Positions 1 to 12,971 of a stretch of 64,000 nucleotides of DNA are shown here, in pieces (within the stretch, counting starts at the first letter, position 1; each line of letters opens with the position of its first letter). Origin of the DNA: Selaginella moellendorffii. Its lineage: Eukaryota > Plantae > Lycopodiophyta. The translations under genes and the position numbers were made by a program. The notes below the pieces were generated by a model that saw nothing but the letters and a program-made list of their open reading frames with translations, did no database searches and had not been told where the DNA came from. Location of the stretch: positions 6,360,822 to 6,424,821 of the forward strand of contig NW_003314261.1 in NCBI RefSeq assembly GCF_000143415.4, in the 5' to 3' direction.

Positions 1-55
1 TATTTATGCATATCCTCACATTATATACCTTTCATGAATAGTCTTGAGTGATCTC

Positions 56-275
56 ACTAAAACCTAGGGCTTATATTACGAACCCTAGGATTTACACTTT
101 AAAGGTTAAGGTTTTTAAGAGTTAATCTTGGTAGAAACCCTAAACCCTTTTCTTAGGGGTTTTATTTATATGAATACCTTTGAAAGTACCCTAAACCTTA
201 GGGTTTACAGTACACTAAACCCTAGGCATCTGCAGGTTTAGGGTTTAGGGTTTAAGATTTAGGGCTTAGGGTTTA
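56..275. repeat. Degenerate interstitial plant telomere-like repeats (TTTAGGG/CCCTAAA) in both orientations
   Basis: ggtttagggtttagggtttaag at ~235-256; aaaccctaaaccc at ~135-147; several cctaggg/ccttaggg junctions. Confidence 0.75.
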
Positions 276-276
276 G

Positions 277-1795
277 AACGTAATTTTGTTGACACAGTTA
301 ATTGTTATTCTTTAAAAAAAAAACAAGAACATAACTTCCATACGTAACTATTTGCTTAATACATCTAATGGTTATTTGTTAAAATAAATACTAACAACAA
401 TAGACATGTAGCCACTTCCATATGTAACTGTGTTTTTTTGAGTCTTTTAGGTTGAGAAATATTTTAGATTGGAATAGAAAATGGTTAACTACTATGGCAA
501 AGAATAATGATGTTAAAAAACTTTAAGAAAACAAACATGATATTTTTGAGTTTGTCATTGGTACGGGAATAAGAAAAATAGCCTCTTCTATATATAAATA
601 ATGTCCAAGGGCTGTTTCAAACAAGGAAAACATCCAAAAGAATGTAATTTCTTTGACAAGACTAATGGTTTTTCATCAAAATAAATACTAAGAATAAAAG
701 TCTTGTAATCATTTCCATGGGAAATTATGGTTTTTTGCATCTTTCAGGTTGAGAAATCCCTCCAGATGATATAGAAAATGGCCAACTAGGAAAACATTCA
801 AAAGAATGTAGTTTTCTTGACACAGTTAATAGTCATTTGTTACACCTAAATAATAAGAACAATAAATATATAGTTGCTTCCATGTATAATTGTGTTTTTT
901 GGCATGTTTCAAGTCGAAACATCCCTTTGGCTGGTATAGAAAATGGCCAACTACTATGGCAAACAATAATAATGTTAAAAAGCATTCAAAAAACAAACTT
1001 AATATTCTTGAGACAATTATTAGTAAGAGCCCAAGAAAAATAGCCTCTTCCAAATGTAGATAATGTCCAAGGACTATTTTGAACAAGGAAAATGTTCAAA
1101 AGAATGTAATTTACTCGACACAGTTAATAGTTAATTGTCAAAGGTAATATTATTAATTGATTACCTATAGCTACTTTCATGTGTAACTATTTTTTTCTTT
1201 TTTTACATCTTTTAGGTCTAAAATTCCCTCTAGCTAGCATAGAAAATGGCAAACTAGGAAAACGTTCAAAAGAACGTAATGGGCTCGACATGGTTAATGG
1301 TTATTTGTTAAAATAAATACTAAGAACAACCGACATCTAGTCGCTTCCATGTATAATTGTGTTTTTTAGTGTATTTTAGGTTGAGACAAACTTTTGCGAG
1401 TGTAGAAAATGGCCAACTACTGTGGCAAACAATAACAATGTTATAAAGCCTTCAAAAAACAAACTTAATGTTCTTGAGACTATTATTGGTAAGGGCCCAA
1501 GAAAAATAGCCTCTTCCATGCGTAGATAATGTCTAGGGATTTTTTCAAACAAGGAAAACTTTCAAAAAAACATAATTTCCTTGACATAGTTAATGGTAAT
1601 TCATCAAAAGTAAAAGACTTATAACAACTTTCATGTGTAACCATGTTTTTTGGCATATTTCAAGTCAGAAAATCCCTCTGGCTATTGTAATGGCCAACTA
1701 AGAAAACATTCATAAGAATGTAATTTCCTCTTCATGGTTAGTGGTTTTTAGTTAAAAATAATACTAAGAATAGGAGACATATAGCAATCTCCATG
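277..1795. repeat. Diverged AT-rich tandem repeat, unit ~465 bp, about 3.3 copies
   Basis: Anchor gaaaatggYYaactactRtggcaaa at 477, 939, 1405; second anchor (gaaaa)tggcMaactaRgaaaac at 774, 1242, ~1691. Confidence 0.85.
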
Positions 1796-2259
1796 CTCTT
1801 GACTTGTCTCTCTTATGGTACAATTACAGCTTTAAAGCTATATACAGTTGTCAAGCTTCATGGTCGTTGGTAATCTATTCTATTCTAAAAAAAAATCTTT
1901 CTTCTTAGTATGAAGTAGAACTATATACCAATTACTGTTTTTGGCTTCTATACGCTTTTTGTCCTTGTTAGTTAGTAATACTCATAAGTGGTAGGAATCT
2001 TGAGAAAACCTTTAAGGAAATGTGCATGTGGCTTATATATTAAACTTAAAAACCATATTTCTCAATTTGCTCAATATTTGGTGTTTGGTAATTTGTAATA
2101 CTTGTAATTGGTAGCAGCCCTGAGAAAACCTAACCTAGTGATAATTTTGCTCTCAACACTTGTCTCTCCTATGGTGCAACTATCCTTTTGCAACAGCTAT
2201 AAGGTCGTCAAGCTTTATAGCTATCAATATTCTATTCTAGAGTGCTTTAAGTTTCTTCT

Positions 2260-4010
2260 AGACTATGATGCAGATTGTGATAGAATCCTTGTTTTTAGGA
2301 GCCAAAATGATCTAGCAATGGAGGTCATGAGTAACATTGCATCTGATCTATTGGATGATAGTTGCTAGTTTTTTACACTTGATTATCATTATCTTATAGC
2401 AATGGTGAGTTCTAGTGTGCTTTCTGACATGGGAGTGAAATGGTAAAAACTCCTCTAGAATGATTCTGCTTGTGTAGACCTGACATCTAGAAGACATACT
2501 ATCTATTCGGCTCTAGTTCCATCATTTACAACTTGGACAAGTAAGTCCCTTGTCTTTGCTTCTAGTTTTCTAGTTTTTGTGGGGGGTTACAAATGTTCTA
2601 GGTATCTCTTTGAGAAGGTGAAATGGTTGGAGGTTTTGGAAACTTGCAGCGAAGTTATACCATCCATGATAAAGGCCATAATTATTTTTGAGCAACTCTC
2701 AACTTCAAATGATTTAGCTGTTTTCAAACAAAATGGAAGATANNNNNNNNNNNNNNNNNNNNNNNNNNNNNNNNNNNNNNNNNNNNNNNNNNNNNNNNNN
2801 NNNNNNNNNNNNNNNNNNNNNNNNNNNNNNNNNNNNNNNNNNTTGACCACTATATCCACCACTATCCAGCATTTTGTAATCTTACTTATATGATCCTAGA
2901 TTGTAAGTTTTCCTTGGCATTCACTACAAGAAGATTTTTGATTCGTTATTACTATTTTTGTTATTTCTTCTATTCTTAAATTCCTTTTTTCAGCATGGAC
3001 AAAAGCACTACCTAGAAATGGTAAAAGAAAGGATTGATTGATATGTTGTGTGATGCAATCACAAAGCATCAAAAAGCAAAGGCCGAAGAACTTATTTTTG
3101 GAATATTAAATCTTAACAACATAGGTAACACTGGTTGAGTACCCTTGGTTATCACTTGTGCCATAGGTGATCAAGCTATTATTGAATTGTTACTATAAGA
3201 AGGGGCAGTTAAAAACTTTAAAGGTATTCAGAATGGCTTTGTTTTACATATGTTGATGCTTTTGGCTTTACAGATGCTTTCAGAATGTTCCCGTACCTTG
3301 AGGTGGTCAAACATCACTTGCCATTCAGTCTTATTGAAGACCTCTCATTAGCACCAGTGCTTGGTATAATTGACACTGCAAATAACATGTTGCATACCAT
3401 GGGTTTTATGGATAAAAACAAGAAGTAGACTGTGAAGAAGCATCTGTGGGACCTAAAGTGAATTTTTGAATAGATTTTAAGTGACTCTGACATTGACAAA
3501 CCCAGCGGTGTGCAATGGTTAGCAACTACACAAGGAAGTTTGGGAGACAACAAGTTTCCTACTGGCACTAGGAGGTTTGCAAGGCTGGGAAAACTTGGAA
3601 AACTTAAAAATCTATTGTAGTAGTAGGATGTTTCACTTGTTGGTATAACTAAAGACTATGTACCATAGACCATCTACTAATATCACAAAGACATATTTAT
3701 AGTGATTTTTGCACTTAGGTATGTTTGTTTGCTACACCAGATGAAGCCAAGTTTACTTGTTTACGTTGTCCTCTACACCTCCTTATGCCTTCTTTCGCAT
3801 TCTTAATGAGCTCCTCACATTCTGTTTGAAGAGATTTAACTATATCTTCATTCTGCCAAAGGCCACTAAATTCAGTAGAAAAACTCAAATTTGGAGAGAA
3901 GATGACAGCAAAACAAACTTGCAACAAGCTTTTACTAATGGCTGACAAAAGAAAAGACATTAGAGAGCTCAAAAGAACAATGGACCAACACTATACCCAT
4001 AGTGATTAAA
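2260..4010 (+). pseudogene. Ankyrin-repeat gene remnant, spliced, with in-frame stops; interrupted by an assembly gap
   Basis: 3033-3222 translates LIDMLCDAITKHQKAKAEELIFGILNLNNIGNTG*VPLVITCAIGDQAIIELLL*EGAVKNFK, matching the ankyrin consensus GxTPL...G...ivelLL..GA..N. Stops at 3136 (TGA) and 3196 (TAA). GT-AG intron ~3223-3273. Outer limits approximate. Confidence 0.6.
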
Positions 4011-4916
4011 TTAGTTGTTAACCCCATATAAGTTAGAATAGTCCCTTTCATAAACAACATGCATAACTTGAACATAAAGCTTTTTGATAACCAAATATAC
4101 AAATAAATACCATTAACTATTACTTTATTCTAGTTGTCTAGGTGGCGAGAGATAAGTCTAGTTTAAGATGAAGGTCTTTCGTAGAGCTTGTTGGCAAAGG
4201 CAACAATGTTGGAAGGGAGCTAGAAATTAGATATTTCAAGCATCTAGATGGGTAAGATCCTTAATCATATTTATAAGAGGGCTGCTTTTGTTTAAAGACA
4301 CAGCAGTGAAAAAGGATGATGGTGTTTGGTCTTTTGTCTTTTTCTCAACTTTTGTTAATCACTAGGCTGCTCATCTGTAACATCTACTTAAAGATGCACA
4401 GAGCTACCGATCAAGATCCTTAGGCATCTTTAATCGCTACTCTTTACAAAGATGCATAGTGGTGAAGGTTTTTGGTCTTTGGTTTTTCTTTGGTGTTTTA
4501 GTTTTTCTTTGGTCTTTAGTTTAAAACCAAGTTGCTCAATCTTTGGCAATTTTTAGTGATGTACAAAGCCACCTCAATAAAGGAAAATTCTACGCATTTA
4601 GCAATGCAGATGAGTGGTAGCATCTTGAGGATGGAGCGCACAAGCCATACGTCTGCAAGCTCAAGAAGGTCCCAGGCTCAGTATGCGAAGCAACCCGCCA
4701 ATCAGCGTCGTGGTTCTTTTCCTTTTTTTCTTGTTTTTTCTTTTTNNNNNNNNNNNNNNNNNNNNNNNNNNNNNNNNNNNNNNNNNNNNNNNNNNNNNNN
4801 NNNNNNNNNNNNNNNNNNNNNNNNNNNNNNNNNNNNNNNNNNNNNTAAAATCAAACAATGGCAATCTCCACCTTCAGAGTATTTATGTTATTCAAATGGG
4901 CATTTGACTACTGGCT

Positions 4917-5261
4917 ATGGAGTCCCAATTATTCTTGTATGCCTTTGTAGCTGCTATCTTTGTAATGTTGAATGCACATGAAGCCACATCCATTAGCAGC
5001 CTAGTGATCTTCGACAATGGTTGCAAAGGAGATGGAGGATACTACAATGGCACAAGCTGTGAAATTTGTAGGCCATACATTGGTGGCATCTCATTTTTGA
5101 CTAATTTAGGGCTTGCTGGTGGCTTCAACTTCACTTTTGATGGATCTCAAAAGCTATTACTATTTAAAGGCAAACTTTCCCTTACTACCCCTGGATCATT
5201 GTGTCTAGGGAACTCACCAGATGTAGTTGTAACCTCCAAGCTATCATGCATCACAGAATAG
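4917..5261 (+). CDS. Small secreted Cys-containing protein, MiAMP1 (beta-barrelin)-like antimicrobial peptide candidate
   Basis: Intact 114-aa ORF with a hydrophobic signal peptide. SSLVIFDNGC...Y...C..C...GGFNFTFDGSQKLLLF resembles the MiAMP1 pattern S..TVW.GPGC...Y..CGC...GGYDFSYTGQTAALY. Confidence 0.55.
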   Translation: MESQLFLYAFVAAIFVMLNAHEATSISSLVIFDNGCKGDGGYYNGTSCEICRPYIGGISFLTNLGLAGGFNFTFDGSQKLLLFKGKLSLTTPGSLCLGNSPDVVVTSKLSCITE

Positions 5262-5929
5262 GGTTATAACTCCTTCAAAATTACTTGTTTCTAAGCTTCT
5301 CAAGTTAAGAGAATATATATAGTCACACACACGAGTTTATGGTTTAGTTACTCATGAAGTTCTTAAATATCAGCTTGAGAATAGAAAACTTTGTTCAATA
5401 AAAAACACATGTAATAATCTTGTGCTTTGTTAATTCTTGAGTGCATTAACATTAACTTTTATTAATGTATATAGAATTTATGATAAATATATTTTAATTA
5501 AAATAATACAGGTTCTTTTGGGTCTCTCATAAAACATTTATAAGAACAATACTAAAACATAAGAAGCCTTAACTTTTTCATCATAGCTTGTTTTTGAGAT
5601 TTGGAGGGAGAGGTACTAACACCAAAGTTCATTCAATGCAAAAAACTATAAGGGTTAACAATATTAATCACAATCATGGAATATTTTGTCATGGTACAAA
5701 TTTAAGAAAAGATTTCATTTGACATAATTTTTAGTAAATAATGATATGGTGATCATCGTAGTCAACATGTTCTACTAACTAAGTGTATACATATAGTCCT
5801 AGGGGTAGAGGAGAAAGGGAATAAAAGAGCGTGTTCTTGCCACCACTCTTGTGTGCCTCTATCTGTCTTGATCCTCTCTAGATAAATAATTTAACAAAGT
5901 ATTTTTGGATTTAAATGTCCTTATAATCT

Positions 5930-6430
5930 ATATGTAATGTCAAATTTTGAAAATGGATATGGGAGGAAGAGCAAGCAAAAGTCATCTTCTAAAAAATACC
6001 AGGTAAAGAACTTTTGTTCCTCAAAACTCATATTCAAATTTTTATATATGTAGACTATAGAAGATCATATGCAACTTCACAATGAAATGGTGCTATGTAG
6101 ACTGGAGAACTAAAAATTGAAACTTCATAACATGAAGTATAGCTACATCAAGAACAAAGACACTTGAAATATTTAAATCCTATAAGATCTAAAAATATGG
6201 AAGAATTACTACATCAATTTTATGCTGGAGAAAGATAAAAAGAAGTAGGATAAGAAACTATGTGCTACTCAACATGAGCAGGAATTGGTAATTGTTCTTA
6301 TTGTCTAAAACTTTTTTACACTATTGTTTCTGCAAAGAAAGAGGAAACGGGGAATAAAGAAGAAGTGAAAAAAACAAAAGAAAAAAACAAAGAAAAAGTA
6401 TAGTTTTATATTTAATTAGTTACTCATCTT
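5930..6430 (+). repeat. Copy 1 of a ~500-bp dispersed duplication (decayed spliced gene fragment)
   Basis: atggatatgggaggaagagcaa...ag|gtaaagaa... recurs at ~9650-10130 as atggacacgggaggaagagcaa; reading frames contain stops. Confidence 0.75.
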
Positions 6431-7399
6431 TAGACAAGCTAAAGACTAACTAGTATTTGCAAAAAAAGGAGCTAGAAGACTACAGAATAAAGAAGGTTGA
6501 GGAAGATAAACAAAATAATAAAGAAAATAAGAATAACAAACAAGATGATGAGCATGATAATGAAGAAGATGACAATGTATAAGATGCTCTTGAAACAAAA
6601 GGGGAGGACAAATAAACATGTTCATATTCTTTCCCAGTTAGTAATGACTACCAACACTAGTGGTGGTGGCAATAATTAGCCATAACTCACCACCGACAAC
6701 TTACTCTGTATCATGGAAGCGTTAGAGTAGTGAAGATCCACTATTAATCAAGGTGACCACCACATTCTTTTTTCTTTATTTTTTTTCATGGTCGCAAAGC
6801 TTCTTTGTAGCCAAGCTCAGCATCTGTATTGCCACTTTGTTTCTCCTATTTGTCTTTCTTTCTTTTGTTTCTATCTTCTATCTACTTTTGTCCTAGCACT
6901 AAAATTATTCTTTCTCTTGGATGATATTGTTGTTCTAATTAATTCTTGCATAGATCAATTGCCAACAAGAAAATTAAAGGAGGTATTTTAATTTTGTGAA
7001 ATTTCGTCACCCATCCTTGACTTTGAGAAGACGAAAGGATGTAAACAATGGATACCTCTAATGAATAGCATAGAGGTTTGGTAGTGAGAAAAAACTGAAA
7101 TTGTAAGCAACCAAAGAGAATGACTTAAGAAACGGTCTATGAAGTTCAAATATAGAAGGAAAGGGCCCATGAATAATAGTGTACCCTTTTTTCCAATTGG
7201 TTAAGGGTTTTAAGATATTTGGGGTTAAACATCCTTGGGTTTGAATAGTATTAGGCTGGATGACTTCCCGAGAAGTCTAAACTCAGGAGTTTACAAAAAT
7301 GGAAAGAATGGAGTGCAAAAGCAATTAAGAAATTATATAGAAGGCAAGTGAATTTTGAAGTGGGTATTATGGTTGTAGCACAAGAGCATGGAGGTGAGC

Positions 7400-8330
7400 A
7401 TAGTACTTGTCCTTCTTGCCAAGCCATGAAAAAAGCAGCAAAAGCAATTCTAAAAGCTTATCAAGCTTCACAAATGGCATTAGATAATTGTCTATGTAAA
7501 AAAGCATGTAAGAAATGATATTTCCAAGCCAAAACAATACTATGATTGCAAGCAATTTATTGTCCTTAGTCTTTGGCTCAACCAAAGACAACTAAAATAA
7601 CCAACTATATTTATGGACTCATTAGGCAGCTTTTGATGGTGGAAATGACGGAATTTTCTTCTCCAAGCAGGTGTATTGATCCAAGTTTATACAGACGGTA
7701 CTGGCCTGGATTTGAATTGGAAGGGTTGCGACACTGCTTGCTACTGCTAGAGACGATCTGATGCCCCTGTTGCTACAAGGGAAAATAAATCCTAAATGTA
7801 ATGCATCCTAACTCTCTCTTCTTAAGCCAACTAAAAAGAAATAATTGCTTGATGAGAAAACCTTTAGTGGTTATTTTATCCTCATTTATCCCCCAAGGTT
7901 TCAAGGATTCATAGTGAGTTATCAACCTCTATTGAGCTAAGGGGAATTAGCATCTCCATAGATTTCCTTTTATTTTTACCTCTCTTTGAGGCTTGATGGT
8001 TCTTTCAGTTATGTTGCAAGCTAGATTTCTAGGAGTGCATCTCAGATAACAAGTCTTCTTCATTAGTTGAAGATTCTATGTTTCCATAATAAACTATTGA
8101 GAGCTTGATATTTTAGAGTTTTTGGACTTACAATAAGAAAATCATTCACTCTAGCTCTTTGACCCTAAACCCTGAATTGGATACAATCCTTTGAGCAGCC
8201 CAAGGAAGGGATGCGCTCCATTGACAATATCTAGCTCCCCTCTTATTGAGCAAGTGACAACTCTTTTTGAGAGTGATTGATCAGCTTGCTCAATTCTTTT
8301 ATAATTGGTCCCTAAAAGACATAAGAAATA
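7400..8330 (-). mobile_element. Possible highly decayed retrotransposon gag-like remnant
   Basis: Minus strand ~7600-7670 reads LERKFRHFHHQKLPNESINIVGY, resembling the gag L..F...Q...ES...Y motif; no other domain recognised. Confidence 0.3.
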
Positions 8331-8479
8331 TACATATATGTTTGATTTTTTGGTAAATTAAGTGGATATAGTTATACATCTAACTCTCTCCATCTTTTGA
8401 CCTCAAAATCTAACTTACACAATACATAAGGCTAAAACAAGACCAAATTTAGCAATAGTTTACAAGCCACTGTTTCTTA

Positions 8480-9535
8480 CTAGGGTTTTTAACATTTCAA
8501 CCCTAGGTTTTAGGGTTTAAAACAAAAGATTTAAATCCTAAAACCTAAACCTTATTAACCAAATTCTTATTTATTTCAAGAGTGTATAAAAATTTGTTGG
8601 AGATTGGTAATTAATGATCAGAGCATATTCTAAGCATATGTATCCAAGGTAGAGATAATTTTTGGAGGCATAACCAACACCTAGGCTTAGGGTTTTAGAG
8701 TTAAACCCTGTTAAACCCTAAACCATGGGTTTAGGGATTAGGGCTAGAAGCCTGATATATGCCAAAAGCAAAATAACACGTAAAATTAATTAGTATATAG
8801 TATATATAATAATAGATACTAAACTAATTATATTGCTATCACAACCTTCCAAAGCTTTTAAGATTTAGTAACTTGGGTGAATGGTCTTTAACAATCTCTC
8901 TAAATCCTAGAGCTTGCCTTATGGACCCTAGAATTTAGGGTTTAAACCCTAGGGTTTTTACCACCCTAAACCCTAGGGTTTAGATAGATTATTCCATCAA
9001 GACCATTTAGCAAATACTATCTATATTTAAGGAAGATTTCAAGATAATTGGTTAATTATTTCTCCAATAAAAAAGAGCTTAGAATTTAAGGTTTAGGGCT
9101 TGGCTTTTCTCTCTAGTTTCCAACACTATAGGCTAGAAATGTTTTATTTTATTCTTGTGATATATGTTTTTATGAAGAACTATTGAGATTAGTCCCTTAA
9201 TATCGCCAAATGATAGCTTACTATGTTTATCAAACACCTTTGTTATCATACCCCACATGTTAGTTCTATTTGGTCTTATTAGCTATTTATGAAGAGTGTT
9301 TAAATCTGCAAGTTAAGCATATCTATAGAATATAGAGCTTGTCCTAAACATGATAGTGTTATTCTACGTCCAAATTTGCAATTTAGTACCATTCCATATT
9401 TAGTAAGTTTCAAACTTATTCTAAAGACTAACTTCTAGTATTATGGTAAAAGCTCAAAGTATGCAGTTATGGGGCTCTCCAAATGTATAGTAGGGATAGT
9501 GGGTAGGTCAGGTATGGCCTAAACCCTAAACCCTT
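8480..9535. repeat. Clusters of interstitial telomere-like motifs, including palindromic AAACCCTAGGGTTT
   Basis: aaaccctagggttt at ~8944 and ~8968; tagggttt/aaaccctaa clusters at 8480-8550, 8685-8745, 9080-9100, 9520-9533. Confidence 0.7.
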
Positions 9536-9629
9536 CATCATCAGCTTTAAATCAGCATAAAATCAAAGTTCACAACTGTGAAATTGTAAGTTTTTTATAT
9601 GTTTTCTTCCTTCTAATGCTATTTTTTCC

Positions 9630-10130
9630 AATTAACAATGCTAAAATCTAGAATGGACACGGGAGGAAGAGCAAATAGGAAATACGAGGTAAAGAATTTT
9701 GTTTTCTCAAAATTTATATTCAATTTTTTATACACTTTTTTATTATGTAGACTTTAGAAAACTAAGTATAACTTTATAGTGAAATACTGCCATGTAAATT
9801 GAAGAACCAAAAGTTGACACTTCTGAATATGAAGTATAGCCACATCAAAGACAAAAACACTTAGAATATTAAAATCATGCAAGATCTAAAAATATGAAAG
9901 AATCACTACACTAATTTGATGCTAGAGAACGATAAAAAGAAATAGGATATGTGACTATGTTCTGATCAACGTAACTAAAAACTAGTAATTGTTTCTTGTT
10001 GTCTGAAACTTTTTTATACTATTATTTCTATAGAGAAAGAGGAAATAGGGAATAAAGAAGGAGTGGAAAGAACAAAAAAAAATGGATGGAGGAAAGAGAA
10101 AAGGTATAGTTTTATGTTTACTTAGTTACT
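9630..10130 (+). repeat. Copy 2 of the ~500-bp dispersed duplication, flanked by a ~150-bp direct repeat (~9372-9520 and ~10136-10283)
   Basis: Direct similarity to 5930-6430; aaatttgcaatttag...gggtaggt...gcatggcc/gtatggcc occurs on both sides. Confidence 0.75.
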
Positions 10131-12476
10131 TATCTAAATTTGCAATTTAGCACTATTCTATATTTAATAAGTTTCAAACTTATTCTAGGGATTAACTCCT
10201 GATACTAGGGTAAAAGCCCAAAGCATGAGGCTGTGGAGGGCTCCAAATATATAGTAGGGATACTGGGTAGGTTGGGCATGGCCGACCAATATGAGGTATA
10301 GTATAGATTTGGTTTTTATACTTATCTTTGTTCTATGTCTAACTTGGGTCTAAGCCCAAATTCTATACCATACTAGTTGGTGGAGTACCCATATCCTCAT
10401 GTTAGGCCATTAATATACTAAAATAGTGTTAAACTTCATTTAGCTTCATTTTGGATACTAGTTTTGGTTTTAGGAAGCTAAATACTTTAGGACAATTCTA
10501 AATGTCATTCCATACTCTTGTCTCTTCATTCTTTGGGCTAAACTCTTATGAGTCATTTCGTGTTTTAATTCCTTCAGTCATTGAATGCAAGTTTAGAAGT
10601 TTAACTCGGTCCTTTTATTTAGTGGCCCAAGGCCCTAAAACTCAAATTTTGCTTTGTTGCCCTTGGACATATAACATGTACCATGTAGAGGGATAGGTTT
10701 CATAATTATTTTATGATAAAACACCATAGGATAAATGGTGAAAACTACATACACTACATATAGCTATATATCATTTTGTAAATAACAAAGAAAAACTAAA
10801 GTTTCTAGAATGAAAAACACACACATTAAAATATGCATTAAAGATAAATGAGTTAAAACTTACAAAAAGTAAAAACTTATTTATATGTAAGGATTATGTT
10901 ACAATTCTTCTCACTCACCACAAAATAGTGACTACAACAACCATAAAGTTCATGCCTACAAGCAAAAACCCAAGAAAAAAAAGTTTACACTATCAATTTA
11001 TAGCAAAGTGCAACAAACCACTATAAGGCCAAAAATTTTACACTTGTGATTGGGAAATAAAAAATCAATGGAGTTAATGCATTATTACAATTATAACAAA
11101 ATCCATTTACTCGAGGAAAAACCAGCACACTCAACATCCCAAGAATTGAAAGAAATGTTTTGCCTTTTACCCTTGCACTCCAATTGATCTCATTTCCCTC
11201 CATTCTAATTGATTGTTACCTAAATTAGGGCACCACTCTACAAATAGAAATGAGGGCCATTTGCAAAAATGATTGAAACATTATGCTTACTAATTAGGGC
11301 ATGTTACAATTAAAATATACCTTTAAGCTGCAAGAAATAAACCATAATTATGGGAAACAATCAAGAGATCATAAATCTATGCTCAATGACAAAAGAATGA
11401 TAAAAAAAAAGCATTATTAAATTTATAGTGACATTGTGTTATCTAAGATGATATTGCATTAGTCTTGTATAGTAGTTTAATGTGTTATGCCCCATGCATA
11501 CATGGTTATCCCATGACAAAAATATTATATACATAATTATGTTTTGGTTTCCTATATAACAATTGAAAAGTGATTGTATGCATAATACATTTGCATGCAA
11601 CTAAAATGAAAATTCACACATGTGTAAATATATAATGCTTTTAGACACAATCATATATTCATTATTATATATCTGCTAAAAACTTATTTATTTTAATTAT
11701 AAATTTAGTTATGGCAAGCAATTTATAATGGCAATTTTGGGGGAAAGATATACTTCCCATGAGAAGAGGTGTACCTAAAGTGGGTATACTGGAAAAAAAT
11801 TGTGCAAGATTGCAAAATATATAAAAAAAATCACATGTGTACTTAAATTGTTATAACACAATGTAACTTATAAAATATTTTTTTGAACCTTATTTGTTTT
11901 ACATATGGGTACGTATCAGTTGTAAACTCTTAAATTTGAACTTTCTGGAAGGTCACATAGCAAAATAATACTCAAACCCAAATATCCTAATTAATTGAAA
12001 AAAAAGTGCACTCTTATTTATGGGTCATTTTTTTTATATTTGAACCCATATAAATCATCTCTTTAGTCATTTTTTTATTGCTTGCAATTATATGGTATCA
12101 ATTTTGCATAGTAATATGAGATGTCATTGCATACAAGGCATATCCTATGACAAAAATATTATATAGACAATCAAGTTTAGATTGCTTATATAAGTATAAA
12201 AATAAATCTACACATTTGTAAATATAAAGTACAATCATATATTCTTTACCATATCTAGTAAGTAGGATAATTATATCTTCTTCTAGGTGCTTTAAATATT
12301 TCTTTCAAACTTTATATTTACTTAACATGAAAAAAGTAGAAGGATCTAGGATTTAGTGTAAATTTCTCTTTTATTGGTTTGAATTTTTTTTCTCTCCCCA
12401 CCTTCATTTACACCTGATTTTACTGCTTTGCTTTTATTTACCATTAATAATTTCTTTCTCAAATGTATCCAAGCAA

Positions 12477-12514
12477 GGGCAACGGGGCAATGGGCAATGG
12501 GCAATGGGCAATGG
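12477..12514 (+). repeat. (GGGCAAT)n heptamer minisatellite with G-quadruplex potential
   Basis: gggcaacggggcaatgggcaatgggcaatgggcaatgg contains five G-tracts. Confidence 0.8.
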
Positions 12515-12971
12515 CCGATCTGCCAATGTGGCTGTGCTTCTTCAGCCAGTCGTGACAGAGCGATTGGTCGTTGGCCAGGGTTGTTCAATATCCGTTACAA
12601 TGTTATCATGATCAATGTTATCATGACCTTTTTAACTGTGCATTACAAAATTAGTAGACTCCAATAGAACTGCAAAATCAATTCAGTATATACATTATAA
12701 CATACAGCTAGCCTGAAATGCAAGAAGAAGATTGGAGATGAGGAGATGCAAAGTGGATTACTCTTTTATTAGGCAATTTTTCTTTATTTTACAAAAAATA
12801 AAAATAAAAAAAACTACTACGATTACTATGATCAAATAATTCCTATGCCTTCATAGTCAAGCTTTCAATAAGATCAGAATCCCGAAATCAAGCAGAGCGC
12901 ATATTTGGATAGTCTTTCCACTCGTGGATAGAGGAACACAAAAACGCTACAGTATTAGATCTTCCATACAA

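Noticed and set aside
1-275. True chromosome telomere
   Set aside because: Repeats are short, degenerate and in both orientations, with similar patches at 8.5-9.5 kb.
2743-4845. ORFs running through poly-N tracts (2579-2893, 4532-4981 and others)
   Set aside because: Artefacts of 100-N assembly gaps of unknown true length.
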